From the NCBI GenBank assembly GCA_003712125.1, contig RHLF01000004.1:6332-70331 (forward strand): a stretch of DNA of 64,000 nucleotides, given 5' to 3'. The notes beneath the pieces are model-generated. The model did no database searches. It worked only from the letters and a program-made list of their open reading frames with translations, and was not told the origin of the DNA. Within the stretch, counting starts at the first letter, position 1. Each line of letters starts with the position of its first letter. Below, piece by piece: positions 10,402 through 19,936 of this stretch. Position numbers and translations under genes: made by a program. This DNA is from Allomuricauda sp. (GTDB taxonomy: Bacteria > Bacteroidota > Bacteroidia > Flavobacteriales > Flavobacteriaceae).

Positions 10402-11344
10402 AACTGTCTGGATCTAGATGGTCAGGTACGCCATCATTATCTGAATCCCTAAATGAACCGTCTTCATTAATTTCATCGATGGTTAAGATGCCATCACCAT
10501 CATCGTCGGGATCTTGGAAATTTGCAAATTGCGGAAAATTGGCATTCGCTTCTTCTTCCGTATCGGTATTGTCATCAAACAAATACCCATTGTTATTTAG
10601 ATCTTCGAGAATCGATGGAATTCCATCATTGTCATTGTCCGTGTTTTGTATCACATTGCCTACTTCGACCGTAAAAATCAAATTGGAGTAACTCGGGATG
10701 TTTCCTGCAGGTCCACTACCCAGAAAATAACCCAATCCTGAAGGCATGATAACCATACCAATGCCACTATTGGAATAACTGGAGGTACCATCACTATTCA
10801 CCGTGAGACCTGCCGGGGTTCCTGACGCGAATTTTGTAATTCCATTCGAATAGCCTCGTAAAAAGAACGGTAGTTCTTGCCAAACGAAACTTGGCGTTGC
10901 ATCAAATTTGGTGCCGTCGAGCAAGCTTCCTTCATAGCGTAAAAGGGTTGAATCTGCTATTGTTGGGCGAACCCCTTCGCCTTCGCGCGCCAAGAGGTAA
11001 TAATAGGTGTGGACAATATCATTTTCTTCCTCGCTCAAACCAAGCTGGGATGAGGAAACATTGACAACATCAGAACTAACTTGGTCTATCAGGGGAGTTT
11101 TATCCGCATTGTCACCAGCAATGGTATCGATTCGAATTTTGAAGTCAAAGTCTGGATCAATAGGCTCTTGAAAATCCTCATAATTGTAAAAATGGGTTTC
11201 CAAAAACTCCCTGATCTCTGAATCGTTTTCCGGAGCAACATCCCCTAGTAAACGGGGAGGAACTATTTCAATAGCTGGACCATCGTCATCGCCGCATGCC
11301 ACCAACATGAGCATTACAGCACCCAACACTAACATCCTTTTCAT
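10400..11344 (-). CDS. FKBP-type peptidyl-prolyl isomerase lipoprotein with acidic Ca-binding-like C-terminal repeats
   Basis: Lipobox LVAC-GDDD, FKBP elements YEGSLLDGTKFD, MPSGLGY and IPSYSNLIFTV, and DxDxDG repeats. Start placed at MKRML (11344), not 11584. Confidence 0.8.
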   Translation of the reverse strand: MKRMLVLGAVMLMLVACGDDDGPAIEIVPPRLLGDVAPENDSEIREFLETHFYNYEDFQEPIDPDFDFKIRIDTIAGDNADKTPLIDQVSSDVVNVSSSQLGLSEEENDIVHTYYYLLAREGEGVRPTIADSTLLRYEGSLLDGTKFDATPSFVWQELPFFLRGYSNGITKFASGTPAGLTVNSDGTSSYSNSGIGMVIMPSGLGYFLGSGPAGNIPSYSNLIFTVEVGNVIQNTDNDNDGIPSILEDLNNNGYLFDDNTDTEEEANANFPQFANFQDPDDDGDGILTIDEINEDGSFRDSDNDGVPDHLDPDS

Positions 11345-11425
11345 GCAACTTGAATTAATCAATTGGCGCGCAAGATACAATTTTCCACTATTTTTGCGTA
11401 TCGCCTTAACAAAGATTTGCAGGTT

Positions 11426-11794
11426 ATGCGAGTGGATAAATATTTGTGGTGCGTACGTTACTACAAAACTAGAAATATGGCTACCACAGCCTGTAAAAAG
11501 GGACAGGTAAAAGTAAATGACGCCCCTGTGAAACCGTCGTGTGAAGTTTTTCCGATGGATCAAATTGTGCTTAGAAAAAATCAAATTGATTACCGCCTAA
11601 CTGTGTTGGACTTACCAGAAAGCAGGGTCGGGGCAAAACTTTTGGAGATTTATCGAAAAGACACTACCCCAAAGGATGCCTTTCAGCACAACGAACTTCT
11701 AAAATTTGCGAAAGAACATTATCGGAAAAAAGGTGCAGGAAGGCCGACTAAAAAAGACCGTCGAGATATTGATGACTATCTTGACAACGATTAA
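11426..11794 (+). CDS. hslR: Ribosome-associated heat shock protein Hsp15 (S4 domain)
   Basis: MRVDKYLWCVRYYKTR and GRPTKKDRR. Confidence 0.9.
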   Translation: MRVDKYLWCVRYYKTRNMATTACKKGQVKVNDAPVKPSCEVFPMDQIVLRKNQIDYRLTVLDLPESRVGAKLLEIYRKDTTPKDAFQHNELLKFAKEHYRKKGAGRPTKKDRRDIDDYLDND

Positions 11795-11816
11795 TACCTA
11801 ATTTTAACCAAAAGGG

Positions 11817-12317
11817 TTGCCCATGGATAAGATATTGACACATGATGAAATACAACATAAAGTACGGCGTATATCCTATCAAATATTCGAATCAAATGCC
11901 GATGAGGACGAAATCATTATTGCAGGAATTGAAGGTGGTGGGCTAAAATTTGCCAAAAAAATAGTTGCCGTTCTTGATGACATAACCAACGCCAATATAG
12001 TTCTGTGCAAGGTCAAGATGGACAAGGAAAACCCCTTGGAGAGCGGTGTTCAGACGTCACTCAAGGTTGAAGAATACGGCAATAAATCAGTAGTTCTCGT
12101 AGATGACGTACTGAACTCCGGAACCACCTTGATCTATGGGGTGCAACACTTTTTGAAGACCCCCTTGAAACGACTAAAAACGGCTGTATTGGTCAATCGC
12201 AATCACAAAAAATATCCAGTCAAAGCCGATTTTAAAGGATTATCGCTGTCCACTTCACTGAATGAACATATACGGGTTGAGTTCAAATCAAAAAATGATG
12301 CGGTTTACCTAGAGTAA
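11817..12317 (+). CDS. Phosphoribosyltransferase (PyrR-like)
   Basis: PRPP-binding VVLVDDVLNSGTT and a PyrR-like PVKADFKG tail. Confidence 0.85.
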   Translation: MPMDKILTHDEIQHKVRRISYQIFESNADEDEIIIAGIEGGGLKFAKKIVAVLDDITNANIVLCKVKMDKENPLESGVQTSLKVEEYGNKSVVLVDDVLNSGTTLIYGVQHFLKTPLKRLKTAVLVNRNHKKYPVKADFKGLSLSTSLNEHIRVEFKSKNDAVYLE

Positions 12318-12809
12318 ATCATCGATTTCTCGCACGATTTCGGGTATTCCCTTTCCATCGCAATCCAAAGTAAATGCAGCCTGGGTGTAAAAAAACCGGC
12401 GTTCAAAAAGGTGTTTGCCAACAAATTCAGGGAGTTCTTGATGGGAGATGTTCTTTACCAGTGGCCTGGTATCACTTTCCCTCGCTATTCGCTCGACCAA
12501 ATTTGGAATTGAAAGATTGAGATAAAGGGAGTGGGTTGATTTCGCCAAAATATCCCCCATATTTTTACCATAACAAGGGGTGCCCCCACCCGTTGAGAGC
12601 ACAAAAGACTCTTTATCCAAAATTAGGTTGAGCACTTCGGATTCCTTTTTTCGAAAATACAGCTCTCCTTTTTTTGCAAAAATTTCTGAAATAGTCATAT
12701 CCTCTTCCATTTCGATGTACGCATCCAAATCAATAAAGTCTATACCCAGTTGCTCAGCGAGTGCTATGCCTATAGAAGATTTGCCGCTGGCCATGTATCC
12801 GACCAACAC
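12309..12809 (-). CDS. aroK: Shikimate kinase
   Basis: GYMASGKS P-loop, DLDAYIE, STGGG and RPL motif. The start is uncertain. Confidence 0.92.
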   Translation of the reverse strand: MLVGYMASGKSSIGIALAEQLGIDFIDLDAYIEMEEDMTISEIFAKKGELYFRKKESEVLNLILDKESFVLSTGGGTPCYGKNMGDILAKSTHSLYLNLSIPNLVERIARESDTRPLVKNISHQELPEFVGKHLFERRFFYTQAAFTLDCDGKGIPEIVREIDDLL

Positions 12810-12868
12810 AATTTTTACGTTTTCGATGACCTGTAATTTTAAAAACCCAAATTTATCATTATTTCATC

Positions 12869-12898
12869 TTGCGAAATAAATTAATGGACTTATATTTG
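12869..12898 (+). promoter_or_regulatory. Bacteroidota housekeeping promoter of tRNA-Lys
   Basis: TTG (12869-71), 19-nt spacer, TATATTTG (12891-98). This matches the TTG-N19-TAnnTTTG consensus. Confidence 0.75.
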
Positions 12899-12926
12899 CA
12901 CCCGCTAAACGTATTGGCGAGGTTTA

Positions 12927-12999
12927 GACCTGATAGCTCAGTTGGTAGAGCATCTCCCTTTTAAGGAGAGGGTCCTGGGTTCGAGCCCCAGTCAGGTCA
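12927..12999 (+). tRNA. tRNA-Lys (anticodon TTT)
   Basis: Acceptor GACCTGA/TCAGGTC, D arm AGCTCAGTTGGTAGAGC, anticodon arm TCTCC-CTTTTAA-GGAGA and T loop GTTCGAG; 73 nt. Confidence 0.97.
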
Positions 13000-13000
13000 C

Positions 13001-13031
13001 AAAAAGTTAAGTCATTTGGCTTAACTTTTTT
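13001..13031. terminator. Hairpin/terminator between the tRNAs
   Basis: AAAAAGTTAAG-TCATTTGG-CTTAACTTTTT followed by T. Confidence 0.65.
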
Positions 13032-13052
13032 GTTTACTTTACTTTCAGATAG

Positions 13053-13136
13053 GCCCACGTGGCGGAATTGGTAGACGCGCTACCTTGAGGGGGTAGTGTT
13101 CTTATGGACGTGCTGGTTCGACTCCAGTCGTGGGCA
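13053..13136 (+). tRNA. tRNA-Leu (anticodon GAG)
   Basis: Acceptor GCCCACG/CGTGGGC, GGCGGAATTGGTAGACGC, CTACC-TTGAGGG-GGTAG, long variable arm and GTTCGAC; 84 nt. Confidence 0.97.
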
Positions 13137-13282
13137 CTTAAAGCTTCCTATTTTAAGGGGGCTTTTTTTATTTCCAGCGGCTTTTTCATTAAAACATTTA
13201 ACCTGGTTTCTGAAAATTAACGATTACTTAGGCTTATAACACAGTTTTAGTTGTAAATTTGTTTAACGATTCGTGTAAAAAA

Positions 13283-14188
13283 ATGAACAACGTTAAAAAA
13301 TCTTTTAGTATCAGAGACATGGAGAACCTCTCTGGTATTAAGGCCCATACCATCCGAATATGGGAAAAGCGGTATAAGCTACTCAGTCCTGAACGAACCG
13401 ACACCAATATCAGGACCTACAGCTTAAGTAGTCTACAGAAACTACTGAACATCACACTTCTTTACAACAACGGTTATAAAATTTCGAAAATCGCCAAGAT
13501 TTCTGAGAATGAACTGACCGCTGCCGTCAATGAAATTGTTTTGAGTGACAATGAAGAAAGTCAAGCCATAAATGCCTTGAAACTGGCCATGGTTAACTTT
13601 GATCAAAGCCTTTTCACAAAAACATATAATTCGCTGCTTTCTAGAAAGACCTTTAGAGAAGTGTTTTATGAGGTTTTTATACCCCTGCTCAACGAATTGG
13701 GGTTGTTGTGGCAAACTGATACCATCAGCCCTTCTCATGAACATTTTATTACCAACCTCATCAAACAAAAAATTTATAGCGAAACAGAGAAGTTGCAGTT
13801 GATAGGGCCTAGAAAGGATACTACTGTTTTTGCGCTGTTTTTACCTGAAAATGAGATTCACGAACTGGGGCTGTTATACCTCAATTATGAAATTGTTTTT
13901 AGGGGATACAAGTCGATTTATTTGGGGCAAACGCTTCCAGTTGAAAGCCTTTCTGACTTATTGAAATATTTCGATTCAGTGCACTTCATCTCATACATGA
14001 CGGTATCACCTGCCAAAGAGAAATTAGAGAAGTACATAAAAGAATTCGAAGAAATACTCAATCGACATTCTAAATCCAAGTTATGGTTGTTAGGACGTCA
14101 AATTCAACACATATCTCCAGAAAGTCTTCCTAGTTCCATAGAGACGTTTAATTCAATTGAACAGGTGATTGAAAAGCTTGAAGACTGA
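13283..14188 (+). CDS. MerR-family regulator with B12-binding domain (CarH/LitR-like)
   Basis: MerR HTH (IKAHTIRIWEKRY), W-x9-EH (WQTDTISPSHEH) and ExHxxG (EIHELG); directly upstream of the crt genes. Confidence 0.85.
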   Translation: MNNVKKSFSIRDMENLSGIKAHTIRIWEKRYKLLSPERTDTNIRTYSLSSLQKLLNITLLYNNGYKISKIAKISENELTAAVNEIVLSDNEESQAINALKLAMVNFDQSLFTKTYNSLLSRKTFREVFYEVFIPLLNELGLLWQTDTISPSHEHFITNLIKQKIYSETEKLQLIGPRKDTTVFALFLPENEIHELGLLYLNYEIVFRGYKSIYLGQTLPVESLSDLLKYFDSVHFISYMTVSPAKEKLEKYIKEFEEILNRHSKSKLWLLGRQIQHISPESLPSSIETFNSIEQVIEKLED

Positions 14189-14192
14189 TTGA

Positions 14193-15653
14193 ATGAAGAA
14201 AATAGCTATTATTGGCTCAGGTTTTTCGTCATTGGCCGCCTCTTGTTATTTGGCAAAGGCTGGGTACACCGTAACCGTTTTCGAGAAAAATAGTGAAGTT
14301 GGCGGAAGGGCCAGACAACTGAAAAAAGAAGGGTTCACTTTTGATATGGGACCGAGTTGGTATTGGATGCCCGATATCTTTGAGAAATTCTTCGCCGACT
14401 TTGGAAAAAAAGTCACTGACTATTACAATCTTGACAAGCTGGATCCCGCTTATAAAGTGTTCTTTCAAGACGAACAAATTACCATTGGGGATAGTCTGGA
14501 GAAAATTATGCTTGAGTTTGAGCGCATCGAATCCGGTAGCTCCGTCCATTTGAAAAAGTTTATCAAGAAAGCTGAAAGAAATTACGATATCGCAATAAAC
14601 GACGTTGTTCTTCGGCCAGGACTCTCACCATTTGAGTTGGTCACTAAAGATACTGTGGTAAGGTTGGACCAATTTTTTAAAACAATCAGTTCGGAAGTCA
14701 GAAAAAAATTCAAAAACCCCAAACTCATCTCCCTTCTCGAATTTCCGGTTCTTTTCTTAGGGGCAAAACCAAGCAAGACTCCAGCCTTCTATAGTTTTAT
14801 GAATTTTGCAGATTTTGGTTTGGGCACGTGGCACCCCAAAGGCGGGATGTATGAAATCGTTAAGGCCATGAAGGCTTTGGCTGAAGAATTAGGTGTGAAA
14901 TTTCAGGTCAACAAAGCGGTACAGGCCATAAATGTGCAGCAGGGCAAAACAACAGGTTTGACCATAAGCAATGAAGTAATCGAATCGGATATTGTGATCA
15001 GCGGCGCTGATTACCACCATTCTGAACAATTACTTGAGACTAAGTACCGCCAATATGCTGAAACCTTTTGGGAGAAAAAAACATTTGCTCCGTCTTCATT
15101 GTTATTCTATATCGGTTTCAGCAAAAAACTAAAAAACGTAGAACATCACAATCTTTTTTTTGATACCAGCTTTCAAAGCCACGCCGAAGAGATTTATGAT
15201 CATCCGAAGTGGCCAAGTGAGCCTTTGTTTTATGCAAATTTTCCCTCATCCACTGACCCTTCAATGGCTCCAGAAAATTGTGAGACAGGCTTTTTTTTAA
15301 TTCCAATTGCCCCTGGGCTAAGCGACACTAAAGAAGTTCGACAGCAGTATTTCGATATCATTATGGCGCGCTTCGAAGAACTTACAAAGCAAGAAGTAAA
15401 AAATAGCATTATCTTTAAAGAAAGCTTCTGCGTGAATGATTTTGTGAAGGTGTATAACTCCTATAAAGGCAACGCCTATGGAATGGCCAATACGCTCAGC
15501 CAAACTGCCTTCTTAAGACCAAGACTCAAAAGCAAAAAGGTAGAGAACCTTTATTTTACAGGACAGCTGACCGTACCTGGCCCCGGTGTACCACCGGCCT
15601 TAATTTCAGGTAAATTGGTATCAGAACTGGTCATAAAAGAATTTTCAAGTTAA
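14193..15653 (+). CDS. crtI: Phytoene desaturase
   Basis: FAD-binding IIGSGFSSL, FDMGPSWY, and C-terminal YFTGQLTVPGPGVP. Confidence 0.9.
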   Translation: MKKIAIIGSGFSSLAASCYLAKAGYTVTVFEKNSEVGGRARQLKKEGFTFDMGPSWYWMPDIFEKFFADFGKKVTDYYNLDKLDPAYKVFFQDEQITIGDSLEKIMLEFERIESGSSVHLKKFIKKAERNYDIAINDVVLRPGLSPFELVTKDTVVRLDQFFKTISSEVRKKFKNPKLISLLEFPVLFLGAKPSKTPAFYSFMNFADFGLGTWHPKGGMYEIVKAMKALAEELGVKFQVNKAVQAINVQQGKTTGLTISNEVIESDIVISGADYHHSEQLLETKYRQYAETFWEKKTFAPSSLLFYIGFSKKLKNVEHHNLFFDTSFQSHAEEIYDHPKWPSEPLFYANFPSSTDPSMAPENCETGFFLIPIAPGLSDTKEVRQQYFDIIMARFEELTKQEVKNSIIFKESFCVNDFVKVYNSYKGNAYGMANTLSQTAFLRPRLKSKKVENLYFTGQLTVPGPGVPPALISGKLVSELVIKEFSS

Positions 15654-16495
15654 TGAAATCAACTTTCGACAAAGTATCTTATGACTGCAGTAAGATGGTT
15701 ACACAATCTTACAGCACTTCCTTTTCATTGGCTACCAAAATGTTGTCTCCCGCCATTCGGTCCGATATCTATAATATTTATGGGTTTGTTCGTTTTGCCG
15801 ATGAAATTGTGGATACGTTTCATGACTATGACAAGAATACCCTTTTCGAACGCTTTGAAAATTCACTCGATCAGGCTCTGGATAAAAAAATTAGTCTGAA
15901 TCCCATCCTTAATTCTTTTCAGCATACCTATCATAAATTCAATATTCCCCGCCATTTGGTAGACTCTTTTATGAAAAGTATGCGCATGGACCTCTCAAAA
16001 AAAGTGTATGCCACTCACGAAGAATTCAAAGAGTACATTTATGGCTCTGCCGATGTAGTTGGTCTGATGTGTTTGCGCGTATTCGTTAATGGAGATGACC
16101 AAAAATATGAGGACTTAAAAGAATCGGCCATGGCATTGGGTTCTGCCTTTCAAAAGGTTAACTTTTTGAGGGATTTAAAGGCCGATTTCGAACTGTTGGA
16201 GCGTTCTTATTTTCCTAACACCAATTTTTTGGAATTGGATGAGCCCTCAAAAACCAAAATTGTTGATGAGATAAAGGCTGATTTTGCATTAGGCTATTCC
16301 GGCATTGTTAGGCTGCCCTCAGAGGCAAAACTAGGGGTATATACGGCCTATAAATACTACATCAAACTGCTGCAGAAACTACAGAACACACCCCCTTTGG
16401 AAATAAAAAATACTAGGATAAGGGTGCCAAACTATCAAAAAATAGGGGTTTTGGCCCGATCCTATGTGAAATACAAACTACAACTGGTACAATGA
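15653..16495 (+). CDS. crtB: Phytoene synthase
   Basis: YSTSF, YGFVRFADEIVD and FQKVNFLRD. Confidence 0.93.
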   Translation: MKSTFDKVSYDCSKMVTQSYSTSFSLATKMLSPAIRSDIYNIYGFVRFADEIVDTFHDYDKNTLFERFENSLDQALDKKISLNPILNSFQHTYHKFNIPRHLVDSFMKSMRMDLSKKVYATHEEFKEYIYGSADVVGLMCLRVFVNGDDQKYEDLKESAMALGSAFQKVNFLRDLKADFELLERSYFPNTNFLELDEPSKTKIVDEIKADFALGYSGIVRLPSEAKLGVYTAYKYYIKLLQKLQNTPPLEIKNTRIRVPNYQKIGVLARSYVKYKLQLVQ

Positions 16496-16941
16496 AACTG
16501 ATAATCGGAAGTCTTATTTTCTTAAGCACCTTTTGTTTTATGGAATTTATGGCATGGTTCACCCATAAATACGTTATGCATGGCTTTTTATGGATTCTGC
16601 ATAAAGACCATCACCATAAAGACCACGATTCATGGTTTGAGCGTAATGATGCCTTTTTCTTGTTTTACGCGGTTGTAAGCATCATTTGCTTTTATTTGGG
16701 GTCCCAAACTGCGTTTTGGTACGGTTGGCCCTTAGGACTGGGCATTTTGGCCTATGGAATTGCCTATTTTATGGTTCATGATATTTTCATTCACCAGCGA
16801 TTTAAACTTTTTCGAAACGCCAGTAACCGCTACGCCAAAGGAGTGCGCAGGGCACATAAGATCCATCACAAACACTTGGGAAAAGAAGATGGCGAATGTT
16901 TTGGAATGTTGGTCGTTCCGTTTAAGTATTTTAAGCGCTAA
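16492..16941 (+). CDS. crtZ: Beta-carotene hydroxylase
   Basis: His boxes HKYVMH, HKDHH, HDIFIH and HKIHHKH. Confidence 0.88.
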   Translation: MKLIIGSLIFLSTFCFMEFMAWFTHKYVMHGFLWILHKDHHHKDHDSWFERNDAFFLFYAVVSIICFYLGSQTAFWYGWPLGLGILAYGIAYFMVHDIFIHQRFKLFRNASNRYAKGVRRAHKIHHKHLGKEDGECFGMLVVPFKYFKR

Positions 16942-16944
16942 CCC

Positions 16945-17511
16945 TTACGGATTTAATAGTAACTCATCCAGTAAATCTCGGGTCTTGCCCGAATTCCAGT
17001 CTGAAATTCCATCCATTTTAGCTACCACCTCTCCATTTTTGCCAATAACATAAGAAGAAGGTGGTTCCAAAACTTCCAATGGCGACTTATCACCAATAAT
17101 CAAATAGGTAATCGGAGCTGTTATTTCGTGACGAGCAACAAATTCTTCTACAGGTGGTCTTTCCTCGTTTGTTATCAAATAGAAATCGACCTTGCCCTTA
17201 TAATCACGATACAATTTTTCAATACTGGTGATTTCAGCTTCACAAGCCGGTAATTTCCAACTGGCCCAAAAAACAACAATGGCCACTCGCCCTTTGGACT
17301 GTTCAAAACTGAAAAAATCCCAATTTGCATCCTTTAGGCGCCAGTCATAGTCAGGCAGTAGTTCCCGTTCGGCTTTGGCGATTGTTTTAGGAGCCTGTGA
17401 AAATATTCTGTTTAAGAGTAACTTACCTTGATACCCTAAAGGGGTAACAAAAAACGAGAGCACAAACAGAATCAATAAAAGGTTGAGAAAGGTTTTTTTG
17501 CTAAACTTCAT
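16945..17511 (-). CDS. Membrane-anchored TlpA/thioredoxin-fold protein with a degenerate CxxC
   Basis: N-terminal TM segment, FWASWKLPACEAE and a P-x-S-Y-V-I-G-K-N-G element. Confidence 0.8.
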   Translation of the reverse strand: MKFSKKTFLNLLLILFVLSFFVTPLGYQGKLLLNRIFSQAPKTIAKAERELLPDYDWRLKDANWDFFSFEQSKGRVAIVVFWASWKLPACEAEITSIEKLYRDYKGKVDFYLITNEERPPVEEFVARHEITAPITYLIIGDKSPLEVLEPPSSYVIGKNGEVVAKMDGISDWNSGKTRDLLDELLLNP

Positions 17512-17571
17512 ACGATGGCATCTCAACTAAAAAACTCCCATTTTATGGGAGTTTTCTAATTGTATTTATGT

Positions 17572-19842
17572 TTAGGCATTTTCTTTTTTGATCACGTTTA
17601 GAGCAGAACCCTCCTTGAACCAATTGATCTGTGCATCGTTATAACTATGGTTTGCAATAATCGTGTCTTGACTTCCATCAGAATGAACCACTTCAATGGT
17701 CAAAGGCTTGCCGGGTGAAAACTGGTCAATATCAATAAAATTGAAGGTGTCGTCCTCCTGAATTAAATCGTAATCGTTTTCATTGGCAAACGTAAGTCCC
17801 AACATACCCTGTTTTTTCAAATTCGTCTCGTGAATACGGGCAAACGATTTTACCAAAACAGCGGCAACACCTAAGTGTCGTGGCTGCATAGCCGCATGTT
17901 CCCTTGAAGAACCCTCACCGTAATTATGATCACCTACCACGAGCGTTCTAATGCCTTCAGCCTTGTATGCCCGTTGTGTATCGGGAACTCCGCCATATTC
18001 ACCCGTTAGCTGATTCTTGACAAAATTCGTTTTCTTGTTGAAGGCATTCACTGCGCCAATAAGGGTGTTGTTGGCAATATTGTCCAAATGTCCGCGATAG
18101 CGAAGCCAAGGTCCAGCCATCGAAATATGGTCTGTCGTACATTTTCCAAAGGCCTTTATCAATAATTTCATGCCTTGTAATGATGCAGGTGCAATGGGTT
18201 CGAAGGGAGCCAATAGTTGCAGTCTTTCTGAGGTAGGGGAAACAACCACTTCTACCCCACTACCATCTTCTTTTGGTGAAATATAACCCGCATCTTCGAC
18301 TGCAAAACCTTCAGGAGGCAATTCATAGCCTCGTGGCTCATCAAGCATCACTTCTTCCCCATCTTCATTAATCAACTTATCCGTTACGGGGTTAAAATCA
18401 AGTCTACCGGCAATGGCGATCGCAGTGACCAGTTCTGGAGAACCCACAAAAGCCAGTGTATTTGGATTACCATCTGCACGCTTGGCAAAATTTCGATTGA
18501 ATGAATGTACGATAGTGTTTCGCGGCCCATCTGCTGCTTTATCACCATAACGATCCCACATCCCTATACAAGGGCCACAGGCATTGGCAAAAACAGTGGC
18601 GCCAATATTGTTAAACGTATCTATAAAGCCATCTCGTTCAATGGTATAACGCACCTGTTCTGACCCAGGTGTAATGGTGAACTTTGATTTGGTTTTGAGG
18701 TTCTTATCTGCCACCTGTTTGGCCAAAGAGGCCGCTCTAGAAATATCTTCGTAAGACGAATTCGTACAGGAACCAATGAGACCTACCTCAACATTCAAAG
18801 GCCAATCATTTTTCCTTGCCGCTTCGCTCATTGTTGAAATGGGCGTCGCCAAATCGGGAGTAAAGGGCCCGTTTAAGTGAGGCTCCAAGGTCGTAAGATC
18901 AATCTCGATCACCTGATCGAAATAGGTCTCGGGATTATTGTATACCTCAGGGTCTGCGGTTAGATGTTCCTTCACCTCATTGGCCGCATCGGCAACATCT
19001 GCTCTATCCGTACCGCGAAGGTAACGGTCCATCGAATCGTCGTAACCGAAAGTAGATGTTGTGGCGCCTACCTCGGCACCCATATTACAAATGGTACCCT
19101 TTCCTGTGCATGACATGGCAAGTGCTCCTTCGCCAAAATATTCAATAATGGCTCCTGTTCCCCCTTTAACCGTAAGGATATCAGCAACCTTCAAGATAAC
19201 GTCTTTTGGCGCTGTCCATCCTGAAAGTTTACCGGTAAGTTTAACACCGATCAATTTCGGAAATTTCAATTCCCAAGGCATCCCTGCCATCACATCAACC
19301 GCGTCTGCACCACCAACCCCAATGGCTACCATACCCAATCCACCGGCATTTACTGTATGCGAATCGGTTCCAATCATCATTCCTCCAGGGAAGGCATAAT
19401 TCTCGAGAACAACCTGATGAATAATTCCAGCTCCTGGTTTCCAGAAACCAATACCATATTTGTTGGAAACAGACTCTAAGAAATCAAATACCTCATTACT
19501 CGTTTCGTTGGCGCGCTTCAAGTCCTTTTCCGCACCAACCTTGGCCTGTATCAAGTGATCACAGTGCACTGTAGTTGGCACTGCCACCTTAGGCTTTCCG
19601 GCATGCATGAACTGCAACAGGGCCATTTGAGCTGTGGCATCCTGACAGGCCACGCGATCCGGAGCAAAATCAACATAATCTTTACCTCTATTGTATACTT
19701 GGGTAGGGTTTCCTTCCCACAAATGGGAATACAATATTTTTTCAGCTAAAGTAAGTGGTCTTCCTACCAATTCGCGGGCTTTGTTGACCCGTTCTCCCAT
19801 GGTAGCGTAGACAGCTTTAATCATGTCGATATCAAATGCCAT
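17572..19842 (-). CDS. acnA: Aconitate hydratase (mitochondrial-type)
   Basis: [29 protein letters not shown] and [12 protein letters not shown]. Confidence 0.96.
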   Translation of the reverse strand: MAFDIDMIKAVYATMGERVNKARELVGRPLTLAEKILYSHLWEGNPTQVYNRGKDYVDFAPDRVACQDATAQMALLQFMHAGKPKVAVPTTVHCDHLIQAKVGAEKDLKRANETSNEVFDFLESVSNKYGIGFWKPGAGIIHQVVLENYAFPGGMMIGTDSHTVNAGGLGMVAIGVGGADAVDVMAGMPWELKFPKLIGVKLTGKLSGWTAPKDVILKVADILTVKGGTGAIIEYFGEGALAMSCTGKGTICNMGAEVGATTSTFGYDDSMDRYLRGTDRADVADAANEVKEHLTADPEVYNNPETYFDQVIEIDLTTLEPHLNGPFTPDLATPISTMSEAARKNDWPLNVEVGLIGSCTNSSYEDISRAASLAKQVADKNLKTKSKFTITPGSEQVRYTIERDGFIDTFNNIGATVFANACGPCIGMWDRYGDKAADGPRNTIVHSFNRNFAKRADGNPNTLAFVGSPELVTAIAIAGRLDFNPVTDKLINEDGEEVMLDEPRGYELPPEGFAVEDAGYISPKEDGSGVEVVVSPTSERLQLLAPFEPIAPASLQGMKLLIKAFGKCTTDHISMAGPWLRYRGHLDNIANNTLIGAVNAFNKKTNFVKNQLTGEYGGVPDTQRAYKAEGIRTLVVGDHNYGEGSSREHAAMQPRHLGVAAVLVKSFARIHETNLKKQGMLGLTFANENDYDLIQEDDTFNFIDIDQFSPGKPLTIEVVHSDGSQDTIIANHSYNDAQINWFKEGSALNVIKKENA

Positions 19843-19936
19843 TATATACTTGGGTTTATAAGATTTTCAATTTCACAAAATTAAGAAATTGGGAAGGATT
19901 TTCTGGAATGACAGCGACCCTATTTCGGCGAACTGC

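Noticed and set aside
11344-11584. Long N-terminal extensions given by the ORF track (also 4883-6004, 26252-26327, 52353-52377, 52877-52901, 58007-58070)
   Set aside because: They overlap neighbouring genes, promoters or terminators and precede clear signal peptides or conserved starts.
13217-13279. Canonical CarH operator of 11-bp tandem repeats; TTAACGATT direct repeat (13217 and 13263)
   Set aside because: The TnnACA-type hexamers are spaced 8 and 14 nt rather than 11 and 11, and the 9-mer repeat could be chance in AT-rich DNA. Not reported as a feature.
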